Shown here one piece after another: positions 37,066 to 45,959 of a DNA stretch of 52,432 nt. The DNA is from Candidatus Kapaibacterium sp. (GTDB taxonomy: Bacteria; Bacteroidota; Ignavibacteria; Palsa-1295), in contig JBBSDW010000004.1 in assembly GCA_038240295.1 (NCBI GenBank), positions 1 through 52,432 of the forward strand, given 5' to 3'. Position numbers and translations under genes: made by a program. The notes under the pieces are model-generated. The model saw only the letters and a program-made list of their open reading frames with translations. It did no database searches and was not told where the DNA came from. Position 1 is the first letter of the stretch. Each line of letters begins with the position of its first letter.

Positions 37066-39800
37066 TCACTGGCGAAAATCCTAAGCATACCGTCAGCGGT
37101 CGTTATCAGTATCGCGAGCCTTCCCGCGATCATTCCAACGCTTGGCGAGCTCACACCGCCGGGCACTTCAAACGCTTTCACGATCGTGAGCGCTCCGCCC
37201 AGCATTCTAAGAATGAGAAGTCGGCCATCGTTGGTGCCGCAGATGCATTCATCGCGGCCGTCGCCATCAAGGTCGCAGGAGATGATGTCGGTTGAGATCG
37301 CGCCGATGTGAAGTTGATCTCTCAGCGCACCCGTCAGCGCATCATAGACACAAATATCTCCGGTCGAATGACCCTGCACAAGCTCGAATTGGCTGCGACC
37401 TTCCATGTCGCAGATCGCAGGAAATCGATAGACGACGTCACCGAACGAAGCGATGAGCCACCAGCGAGCGGTCATGTCATCATTCAAAACGCCGAAGCCG
37501 CCGAACGAACCAACACAGATCAGCTCGTCAACACCATCGCCGTCAAGATCTTTTAGCATCACCGATCCATACGCGGTAAAGGGATCTTCGATACTGCTCC
37601 AGGTCTCGAGCCCCTGAGTTTTATAGATACCCTGTCGCTTCATCTCCTCGGCCGTAAAACTTGTGAGCAGAGTTGTCGGGTGTGCGAGCCTGCCAGATTC
37701 AAGTTCGATGCGCATGATCGTATCTTTAGCGCAGAAGATCGCTTCAGTGCCATTCGGCATTTCGTGCACGGACGTCGTACCCCATGGCCCAACGCCGCGT
37801 CCATATTCGCCTGCTCCGGTTCGAGCAAACTCCCAAAGTCTCTTACTGCTTTCAAGGTTTATCGCGCAGGTGAATTCCGAATTCATCGATGGCGACATGA
37901 AGAACGAGACCATGAGCGCCGGACCCGTCGAGTGCTCGAACCGAACCCAATCGTAGGCGCCGATACGTGTGCCGGCCCGTTGAGGGGGGAGATCGGGGAA
38001 GTCATACGACCGATGTCGCGCACCATCAAGATCGTAAAGCGAAATGCGTGAGTGCGAAAGTTCAGTATCGTTAACGATCACGACGAACTTCTTGTCATTC
38101 CACTCGATGATCGAACACGCGTGAGCGACATTGTCGTATCCAAGACGTGCATGCCCGCGAACGCGCCATCGCTCAATGAGAACGCCATCGTGGGTCGTAA
38201 AGCACGCTACGAACCCATCAAATGTCGCCGTAAGTATGAGACTTCGGCCTTGATGCTCAACGACCGTCGGCACCGAAGCCGGGCGCGCTGCGCTGTGAGC
38301 TTCGGTCGTGAGATGATATCCTGCTGAGAATATTTTATGGAGAGCTGTGTCCAATGCGAAGATGCTGCCGTCGGAAGTCGAAACGATCAGCTTCGTATCC
38401 GCAATTGCTGCTATCCTGCAATCACGTGAGGGAATTGTGGCAATCACGTTTGCGGCGAAACCCGCATCGATCCTCGAAAGCCCCACGCCAACCTTCTGTT
38501 TATTCAGGATGAAGAAGCTCGAAACATTGGCACGTTGTTCGGTCCAAACTCCATCGTTGGCAAAGACATCAGGCTTGAATTGAGCGCGAGTGGGTTGCGT
38601 GTGAATTATCTTTTCCGCAAACCGTGAATTCTTCGCAGACCATATCGTGCCTTGCGTCGTATGCTCGACCGATAGTGTTGAATGATCAGGAACAGCTCGT
38701 TCAGTCGCGGTGCTCAGGAACAACTCGGCCGCCCCGTCACCGTCCAGATCAATGACATCACGCAAATATTGATCGGGATGATCCTCCAATGTTTCGCCAG
38801 TGCGTGCATCGATGATCTGCGTATGCCACCGTTCGTCGCCGTGGTGATTAAAGATACTGACAGTGATCTCCGGCAGCCCATCCCCATTCACGTCCGCGAC
38901 CGAGTTATCGACGTAGCGAAGTTCGGTGGTGTCTTCGGGATAAATGTGCTGGATAAAGCGGTCCCACATCGGGGTGAAGCGGCCGTTGCCATCGTTGTCG
39001 AGGACCGCGATATGCCTGCTTACGCGATCGGACAGGATGATCGCTTCGAGATCGCCATCGTTATCGATGTCGGCAAGTTCAAAGTGGCCATAGTTTCTTC
39101 GGCGCTCCGTGTCGCTTGTCCACAGCGTTTGATCAAGCATTTTGCCCGAGATCGGATCGAAGACATAGACGCCACCCAGCCTGGCGATCACGATCTCTTC
39201 AACGCCATCATGATTCACATCGCCGATACATGTCGTCGGATGATAGGAGTCGTTCATCCATAGCGTATGAAGCAGGCGTGTGTCGCGAACGCCCAGGCTG
39301 CAATCGAAGACGAACAATTCCTTGGCAGAAAAACACGGTACGACGATTTGTAGACCGCGTGAGTCTGGAAGCAAGCGATGCACCTGGAACATCGTCGCGT
39401 ACGTGCCATAGGAACGTGGCAGGGCAACATTCTCGCGCCAAGTGATCTCTCCAGTGCCTGCACTTAGTATCAGGATCTCCCGCGCATTTGAAGTGACGAT
39501 TTCAAGTTCGCCATCGTCATCAAGATCGTAAATGCCCGTAAGAGAGTGCGCTCCGAACGGGCGGGTCTGCCACCTGAGCTCGCCCTCAATGGTGATGCGC
39601 TGAATCCCACCGCCCGAAGCAAGAAGCAGATCGTTGCTTCCATCAGGAATGATCAGCACTTCTTGAAATCCGCCGCCAATGGGAATACTTGCTGACTCCC
39701 TAAAATTGAGCGACGAACCGCGAAGTGATGAGGCGCCGCTTAACGTTGCATCGTGCCGGTAGTCCGGCCAGTTGTGGGTCGTTGGTTGTACGCGAATCAA
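37062..39800 (-). CDS. FG-GAP/VCBS repeat beta-propeller protein without signal peptide
   Basis: At least seven DxDxDG..E-type motifs (DLDDDGELE, DVNHDGVEE, DIDNDGDLE, DVNGDGLPE, DLDGDGAAE, DLDGDGVDE, DLDGDGRDE); PQQ-like WPDYRHD start. Confidence 0.8.
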   Translation of the reverse strand: MIRVQPTTHNWPDYRHDATLSGASSLRGSSLNFRESASIPIGGGFQEVLIIPDGSNDLLLASGGGIQRITIEGELRWQTRPFGAHSLTGIYDLDDDGELEIVTSNAREILILSAGTGEITWRENVALPRSYGTYATMFQVHRLLPDSRGLQIVVPCFSAKELFVFDCSLGVRDTRLLHTLWMNDSYHPTTCIGDVNHDGVEEIVIARLGGVYVFDPISGKMLDQTLWTSDTERRRNYGHFELADIDNDGDLEAIILSDRVSRHIAVLDNDGNGRFTPMWDRFIQHIYPEDTTELRYVDNSVADVNGDGLPEITVSIFNHHGDERWHTQIIDARTGETLEDHPDQYLRDVIDLDGDGAAELFLSTATERAVPDHSTLSVEHTTQGTIWSAKNSRFAEKIIHTQPTRAQFKPDVFANDGVWTEQRANVSSFFILNKQKVGVGLSRIDAGFAANVIATIPSRDCRIAAIADTKLIVSTSDGSIFALDTALHKIFSAGYHLTTEAHSAARPASVPTVVEHQGRSLILTATFDGFVACFTTHDGVLIERWRVRGHARLGYDNVAHACSIIEWNDKKFVVIVNDTELSHSRISLYDLDGARHRSYDFPDLPPQRAGTRIGAYDWVRFEHSTGPALMVSFFMSPSMNSEFTCAINLESSKRLWEFARTGAGEYGRGVGPWGTTSVHEMPNGTEAIFCAKDTIMRIELESGRLAHPTTLLTSFTAEEMKRQGIYKTQGLETWSSIEDPFTAYGSVMLKDLDGDGVDELICVGSFGGFGVLNDDMTARWWLIASFGDVVYRFPAICDMEGRSQFELVQGHSTGDICVYDALTGALRDQLHIGAISTDIISCDLDGDGRDECICGTNDGRLLILRMLGGALTIVKAFEVPGGVSSPSVGMIAGRLAILITTADGMLRIFASE

Positions 39801-40765
39801 GGGAGGTCGGTTAGATCGATCGGCTGGTGAGTTCGTGCTGACTCGATTCCACGCAAAAGGATCATCTCCGCACGGAGTCCGGCATTATGATCGGCCCGCG
39901 GTCGCAATCCCGTTTCAAGTGCTGCAAGGAAGGCCTTGTTCTCCCCAAGAATTCCAAGCTCAATCACGTCGGTGAAGGAAGACTCTCGATCATTCACCAC
40001 ATAGACAAGCTTCATCAAACGGTCGAATAGGTGGAGCGAGCGAGTGCCATCCATCATCTGGAATGAGAACTTGCTACTAAGCGGTGACACGCCACCGTCG
40101 GCTATGACTATACTCGCCATCGCGCCATTTTCAAATCGCAGAGTAAGTGCGATCGTGTCTGTGATCGGCAAGCTCGGATGATGGAAATTTCCACCATCGG
40201 CAAATACGCTGATGGGTCTTGACCGAGCTAATTCGCAGACAAGATCAACCGCGTGGCATCCCTGCGAAAGCACATTGCCGCCGCCACGAATGGGGTCGTT
40301 CGCCCAGCTATCATCCGGCCACCGTTTATCGAGTACGTGTGCAACGATGAGTGTGGGATGCTCAATGAGGGCTTTTGCTTTCTTGACCAGTAGATAATAA
40401 CGAAGCTTGAAACCAGACATGCAGATGACGCCACTTTCTTCAACTGCTTCGACGATGGCGCGGCAATCCCTTTCGGTGATCGCCAGCGGCTTCTCGAGAA
40501 AGATGTGTTTGCCATGCTCAGCGGCTTCGATGGCGAAGGGTGCATGCGTGTCGTGGTAGGTGCAGATATAGACCGCTTCTATCTCGCGTGACGTAATCAG
40601 TTCAGAAGGAGTAGAAGTGGTCCGTGCACCAAACCGCCCCGCAAACTCTGCTGCTCGTTCGGCGTTCGCATCATAGCACAGCGCAACAACGGCTCCCAAC
40701 TGCTTCAAGCAGTTCGCATGTTCTGTACCGATAAGTCCGCAGCCGATGATCCCGATCCTTCGCAT
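39797..40765 (-). CDS. Gfo/Idh/MocA family NAD(P)-dependent oxidoreductase
   Basis: IGIIGCGLIG Rossmann motif, GKHIFLEKP, GGGNVLSQGCHAVD. Confidence 0.92.
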   Translation of the reverse strand: MRRIGIIGCGLIGTEHANCLKQLGAVVALCYDANAERAAEFAGRFGARTTSTPSELITSREIEAVYICTYHDTHAPFAIEAAEHGKHIFLEKPLAITERDCRAIVEAVEESGVICMSGFKLRYYLLVKKAKALIEHPTLIVAHVLDKRWPDDSWANDPIRGGGNVLSQGCHAVDLVCELARSRPISVFADGGNFHHPSLPITDTIALTLRFENGAMASIVIADGGVSPLSSKFSFQMMDGTRSLHLFDRLMKLVYVVNDRESSFTDVIELGILGENKAFLAALETGLRPRADHNAGLRAEMILLRGIESARTHQPIDLTDLP

Positions 40766-40840
40766 TACCTCAACTTACGAAGAATAAGCGAGCAGGAATC
40801 GTGAATAGCTTTTGACGGGTGCCTGCAGTTCGACGGACCG

Positions 40841-40869
40841 AAATGAAAATGGCGCCTTTCCGGCGCCAT
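40841..40869 (-). terminator. Terminator of the 40903..41988 gene
   Basis: atggcgcc-tttcc-ggcgccat stem with an A-run on the + strand (U-run on the - strand). Confidence 0.65.
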
Positions 40870-40902
40870 CGTTCACGATTCAAATTTCTTAAAACCCCCT
40901 GT

Positions 40903-41988
40903 TTAAAATCCCCAACTTACAATTCCATGGAAGCCATCGACCTCGCGTACCATTTGTTCGGTCGGCATGACGAACTCGGTATGGTGCAACCCGGCGATGA
41001 GCTTTACCGTATTTGAAAGTCGAAGGCCTACGCCGACCGTGCCCGAGATATACGAGCGATAGTGGACGGTCGTCTCGAATTCGGTGTAGCCAAAGATGCG
41101 CGCGTTGGATGTTTGATATTTGAAACGCACCATCGGCGCGTTGACAAACGGTTCGTCGCGGCTATTTCCAACCTGATAGCGCGCTGCTCCGAGCGTGAAA
41201 AGGAACATGCCGTCGCCGTTAACATCGGTCGTGAAGCCGGCAGCGTACAAAAGAAGATGATGTGCCATGTGCATGGCCTGGCCTGCAAGACCAAAAAGAT
41301 TGCCGTCGAACTGCGCAAAATTATTGTACTCGACGTTGATCGTGCCGTACTTAGCCATTTCGTAAGCATTCGTCGTCGGCAGACCGGGTGCCGAGATTCC
41401 CATTTCGATATTCAGTCCGGATATTGGACTGATCATTTTTGGGAACGTCGGCAGATCACCGTAATAGGGATTGGCAAGCAGACCGCGATCTCTCGCATCG
41501 CGCTCTGCGACCTGTGCAGAGATCTGTCCCGAACTGATGACGGCGATGATACGATTTTGTGCGGCGTCCATCGTCGTACTCAGGAGTCCTTCGTTCAAAA
41601 GGTTCGCCATCCGAAGCGTCCGCTTCTCGCGAAATTCCTTCCCATTGTCGATCGTCACTCCGACCGAATATTCTTCGCGCTGATCGACGATAAGCGGTGC
41701 TGCGCTTCCGATCAAGATATCATAGGTCCCCTGACGAACCTCGCTTTTGAGGGTTTCTTCATGTACGAGGGCGCCATCCTTCCGATACAACCTGATGTGC
41801 ACCGTATGCTCACCGTCGGAGATCGAATGAGCATTATCGAGGAGGCCATGAAAAAGGACGCGCTTGGCCATTCCGGCTTCCGCAGGGGTTGTCGTGCTCG
41901 CGCAAAGTGGCGAAGTCGAAAAAACCAGCAGAAGTGCGACGGCACAAAAGCGCAGAGTGCCGAAGCCACTTGTTCGTGATGGGGTCAT
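40903..41988 (-). CDS. Hypothetical exported protein with C-terminal beta-barrel-like region
   Basis: Signal peptide; FHGLLD...DG.HTV.IRLY...G.YDILIG N-terminal domain; alternating strands ending in WGF. Confidence 0.65.
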   Translation of the reverse strand: MTPSRTSGFGTLRFCAVALLLVFSTSPLCASTTTPAEAGMAKRVLFHGLLDNAHSISDGEHTVHIRLYRKDGALVHEETLKSEVRQGTYDILIGSAAPLIVDQREEYSVGVTIDNGKEFREKRTLRMANLLNEGLLSTTMDAAQNRIIAVISSGQISAQVAERDARDRGLLANPYYGDLPTFPKMISPISGLNIEMGISAPGLPTTNAYEMAKYGTINVEYNNFAQFDGNLFGLAGQAMHMAHHLLLYAAGFTTDVNGDGMFLFTLGAARYQVGNSRDEPFVNAPMVRFKYQTSNARIFGYTEFETTVHYRSYISGTVGVGLRLSNTVKLIAGLHHTEFVMPTEQMVREVDGFHGIVSWGF

Positions 41989-42303
41989 GATGATCTACAA
42001 TCGAAATGCAACTCTGAAGCTTCGTCGCGGGCGGTCGCTTCGGAGCCCTAACTATCTGACACTAAAATAGGTGATTCAGCGCCGTTCTCCAAACATTCTC
42101 GCAAAAAACCAAAAGGTTTTATTTTCGTATCGGCTCGAGTTGTATCAATAGCGGTCAGATGTCTTCGGAAAATGTTGCGGAATGATACGGAGCGGCCCAA
42201 ACCGGAGCAGATATTCTGAGACCGATTTTCGATCATCGAGTGTTTAGTTGCCCGTTCAGCACGATCGGCAGTTAACAGGATCTTTAGAAAGTAAGCCAAA
42301 CAC

Positions 42304-43788
42304 ATGTCACCAGTAAGTCCAGCAAACGCCAACGAAGTCAAAAGCACTACCAGCACAAATGGCGCTGCGCCAAAAACCAAAGGCGGCCATAATTTCGAAT
42401 ACGACGTGCTCGTGTTGGGCGGCGGCCCAGGAGGATATCCGGCGGCGATTCGCTCAGCACAATTAGGCATGAAGGTTGGCTGCGTGGAGCGCGAAAATCT
42501 TGGCGGCGTTTGCCTCAACTGGGGCTGCATCCCGACGAAGGCCTTACTCAAAAATGCCGAGATCTACCACAACATGCAGGAGGCGAAGGAGTGGGGGATC
42601 AGCTTCGATAATATGAAAGTTGATTTCACGCAAGTGATCGGCCGCTCGCGAGGTGTGTCGGAGAAAGTTGTCAAAGGGATCGAGTATCTCTTTCGGAAGA
42701 ACAAGATCGAGTTGATCAAGGGCAGTGGTGTGATGACTGGCAAGAACAGCATCGAAGTCACCGCCACCGATGGTTCAAGGAAGACCGTCACGGCAAAGAA
42801 CATTGTGATCGCAACTGGCGCCCGCGCACGCATGCTGCCCGGGTTAAAGCCGGATGGCAAGCAGATTCTTTCCAGCACCGAAGCGATGATCATGGATCAC
42901 ATCCCAGCCTCGATAACAATCATCGGCGCTGGCGCGATCGGCATGGAGTTCGCCTATTTTTACCATACGTTCGGCACCAAGGTGACCGTGATTGAAATGA
43001 TGCCGAACATTCTACCGGTCGAAGATACCGAGGTCTCGGTTGAACTCGAAAAGATCTATAAGAAGAAGGGAATGACGATCTTCACGAAGACAAAGGTCAA
43101 CGGAGTGAAAGTCGAGAAGGGAAAAACCATCGTCGAGATCGAATCGACCGAGAACGGAACAAAGCAATCGATCGAAGCCGAATGCACGCTCATTGCGATC
43201 GGTGTGCAAGGGAATTCTGAAAATATCGGACTCGAAAAGCTCGGCATCAAAACGACGAAGGGCTTCATCGATGTCAATGATTTCATGCAGACCTCTGTGG
43301 AGGGAATTTATGCCGTTGGCGATATCGCAGGCCCGCCGTGGCTCGCGCATGTTGCAACGCACGAAGGAATCGTCGCCGCAGAGATGATCGCCGAGGGTCA
43401 TTCCCATCCGCTCGATTATGATAACGTGCCGGGCTGCACCTATTGCTGGCCGCAGGTAGCAAGCGTCGGTTCGACCGAGCGCGCACTCAAGGAGAAGGGT
43501 GTAAAATACAAAGTTGGAAAATTTCCGTTCACCGCACTTGGCAAGGCAAAGGCCATCAACGAAACCGAGGGATTCGTCAAGTTGCTTTTTGATGAAAAGT
43601 ATGGTGAGTTGCTTGGTGCGCATTTGATCGGACCTGAAGTGACGGAGCTCTTGCAGGAGTTGGTTGTAGCTCGCGGTCATGGTGCAACGGCTGAATCGCT
43701 CATGCGCACGATCCATGCGCACCCGACACTTTCTGAGGCGATCATGGAAGCGGCAGCGGTCGCACAGGGCGAGGTCATTCATCTCTGA
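42304..43788 (+). CDS. lpdA: Dihydrolipoyl dehydrogenase
   Basis: GGGPGGY, redox motif GGVCLNWGCIPTK, ATGA, GAGAIGME, YAVGD, HAHPTLSE. Confidence 0.97.
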   Translation: MSPVSPANANEVKSTTSTNGAAPKTKGGHNFEYDVLVLGGGPGGYPAAIRSAQLGMKVGCVERENLGGVCLNWGCIPTKALLKNAEIYHNMQEAKEWGISFDNMKVDFTQVIGRSRGVSEKVVKGIEYLFRKNKIELIKGSGVMTGKNSIEVTATDGSRKTVTAKNIVIATGARARMLPGLKPDGKQILSSTEAMIMDHIPASITIIGAGAIGMEFAYFYHTFGTKVTVIEMMPNILPVEDTEVSVELEKIYKKKGMTIFTKTKVNGVKVEKGKTIVEIESTENGTKQSIEAECTLIAIGVQGNSENIGLEKLGIKTTKGFIDVNDFMQTSVEGIYAVGDIAGPPWLAHVATHEGIVAAEMIAEGHSHPLDYDNVPGCTYCWPQVASVGSTERALKEKGVKYKVGKFPFTALGKAKAINETEGFVKLLFDEKYGELLGAHLIGPEVTELLQELVVARGHGATAESLMRTIHAHPTLSEAIMEAAAVAQGEVIHL

Positions 43789-43817
43789 TCCGATCGAAAA
43801 ATTCGATGGATTTGGTC

Positions 43818-43850
43818 AAAAAGGGGCATCTGCCCCTCTTTTTTGTTTTT
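43818..43850 (+). terminator. Rho-independent terminator
   Basis: aggggc-atct-gcccct followed by T-tracts. Confidence 0.8.
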
Positions 43851-43907
43851 GGCTTGTTATTTGATATAATTCTCCCTAAGAATACTATCAACTTTTATTG
43901 ACGAGCC

Positions 43908-44093
43908 ATGAATAAGCAAATTCTATTGTCTAAAAATACCTCTGCGATCGCGGTTGCGCTGCTGATGCTCACGACGTTTGCGGGCTGCACCGTGATCGGC
44001 GATATCTTCAAAGCTGGTATTTGGGTCGGGATCATCTTCGTAGTGGTGATCATTGCGATCCTCCTTGGGATCATGCGAATGTTCAAAAAATAA
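43908..44093 (+). CDS. Small lipoprotein/membrane protein
   Basis: Lipobox FAGC followed by IGDIFKAGIWVG and a transmembrane helix ending in basic residues. Confidence 0.75.
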   Translation: MNKQILLSKNTSAIAVALLMLTTFAGCTVIGDIFKAGIWVGIIFVVVIIAILLGIMRMFKK

Positions 44094-44279
44094 ACCGGTT
44101 CGATCACGAGAAGCAGGCGCTTCACGGCACACGGTTAAAAGTGTGCTGAATCTCGATCGTGTGCCACAAAGGGCCTCCTTCGTGACCCGCACCCGAGCAC
44201 CAGAAAAAGTCGGTAGAACCTACGGACGGATCGATCCTCGTGTTATATTGCACAAAGATTGATTTAATGGAGGCTTTCT

Positions 44280-44567
44280 ATGTATATCAGTATCCGCAAG
44301 TACAAGACCGATCCTGAACACACGGATGAGGTGATGCGCCGAGTGGGTTTGGGATTCGCCCCTCTTCTGGCTGCAGGGCCGGGCTTTGTGAAGTACTATT
44401 GTTTTCGAAATGCCGAGGGAATCGTCAGTTCGATCAGCATTTTCGAATCCGAGGAGCAGGCCGAAGAATCCAATCGCGTCGCGGTTCACTGGGTGCGGCA
44501 AAACCTGAGCGAGCTGCTTCCGCATACGCCAGAGATCCTCGCAGGTGAGCTTATGGTCGACCACTGA
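44280..44567 (+). CDS. Small dimeric alpha-beta barrel (ABM-like) protein
   Basis: RBS ggagg; PGFVKYY and SISIFESEEQAEESN...WV pattern. Confidence 0.7.
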   Translation: MYISIRKYKTDPEHTDEVMRRVGLGFAPLLAAGPGFVKYYCFRNAEGIVSSISIFESEEQAEESNRVAVHWVRQNLSELLPHTPEILAGELMVDH

Positions 44568-44618
44568 AATTTGCATTTGCGTTTCTGTGTTGAGCAGACC
44601 TCACAAAACGAGATCTGA

Positions 44619-45287
44619 TTGCGCCTACTTGAACCCGGACTGATCCCATACGCGGAAGCGTGGCAAATGCAGCGCGAAATCTTCGAGCAGGTCGTTACGG
44701 CCAAAGAAGCCGACACGCTCCTACTCCTCGAACACCCACACGTCTTCACGCAAGGTCGGATCACCGATAAATCAAATCTCCTCTTCACTCCAGAACTGCT
44801 CGAATCGATCGGCGCAGAAACATTCGAGATCGATCGCGGCGGCGATGTCACCTATCATGGTCCCGGCCAACTCGTTGGCTATCCGATTCTCAATCTGTCG
44901 CATTTCAAAGAAGATCTTGGATGGTACCTGCGAAGGCTCGAAGCCTCCATCATCGATCTACTTGCGACCTACGACATCGTTGGTTATCCCATAGCAGGCC
45001 GTACTGGGGTTTGGACCGGGACTCAAGGAAACGAAGAAAAGATCTGCGCGATCGGCATTCGTGCCTCGCGATGGTGCACAATGCATGGATTCGCGTTTAA
45101 CGTCAGCACCGACCTAAGCTATTTTGATCACATCGTACCATGTGGAATCTCGGATAGGAAAGTGACGAGTCTCAAGAAAATTCTCGGTCGGCAAATTTCG
45201 ATGGACGAAGTAAAAGCGCGATACGTCGAGAGCTTTTCGAAGATCTTCGGTGTCACATTTTCGATGGTGGAGACTTCTTCGCGCTAA
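44619..45287 (+). CDS. lipB: Lipoyl(octanoyl) transferase
   Basis: LLLEHPHVFT.G, DRGGDVTYHGPGQLVGYPI, KICAIG, HGFAFNV, IVPCGI. Confidence 0.96.
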   Translation: MRLLEPGLIPYAEAWQMQREIFEQVVTAKEADTLLLLEHPHVFTQGRITDKSNLLFTPELLESIGAETFEIDRGGDVTYHGPGQLVGYPILNLSHFKEDLGWYLRRLEASIIDLLATYDIVGYPIAGRTGVWTGTQGNEEKICAIGIRASRWCTMHGFAFNVSTDLSYFDHIVPCGISDRKVTSLKKILGRQISMDEVKARYVESFSKIFGVTFSMVETSSR

Positions 45288-45298
45288 AAATCAAGAAA

Positions 45299-45531
45299 GT
45301 GCGAAGAATTATTATCGTCGGAAATTCGGGTTCAGGAAAATCGACACTCGCACGAGCGCTCACTGAGAAGCTCCAGAATCCTTGCATTGAGACCGACGCC
45401 ATCTTTCACCAGCCCGATTGGAAGGAACTCGATTCTGAATCCTTTACCCAGCAACTCGAGGAGTCGACTCGTGAAGATAGTTGGGTGCTTGATGGCAATT
45501 ACATTCGCTTCACCCGCAACACTTTCTGGCC
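45299..45531 (+). pseudogene. Truncated adenylate-kinase-like / topology modulation (FlaR-like) P-loop protein
   Basis: IIIVGNSGSGKSTLAR and WVLDGNY motifs; similarity stops after ...NTFWP and the ORF continues out of frame through the vapC remnant to 45676. Confidence 0.7.
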
Positions 45532-45874
45532 GAGTACACGAGCGAGTTGGTCGCCTCCGCGATCTATGATTTGGGAAACCTATTTGTTCCCTCCATTGCA
45601 ATCGGTGAGATGGCAATTGGTGCCTTTAATTCTGCTCACGTTGACAGCAATCTATCGAAGATCGACGCGTTATTAACAGAGCTTCCGGTGCTTGACTGTG
45701 ATTCGGAGACCGCCGTCTTGTATGGCAAAATTCGCTTCGAACTTAAACGACGGGGCAGGCCGATTCCGGACAATGATGTTTGGATTGCTGCGATTGCTCT
45801 TCAACATGAGCTCATAGTATCACGAAGGACACCATTTTGAAAACATTGCGGAGTTAACATGTCGTGACTGGTGA
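45532..45874 (+). pseudogene. vapC: VapC/PIN toxin remnant (5' truncated and frameshifted)
   Basis: FVPSIAIGE..GA, YGKIR.EL...GRPIPDNDVWIAAIALQH; the tail HFENIAELTCRDW* lies in a different frame; the N-terminal LDTN motif is missing. Confidence 0.8.
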
Positions 45875-45959
45875 CTGGTCAAAGGTGCCTATGCCTCCTC
45901 AATAAAGCGTTACAATCTGAAAGGTCGGAAGCGCGGACTACGTTTGATTCGGCGCAACC

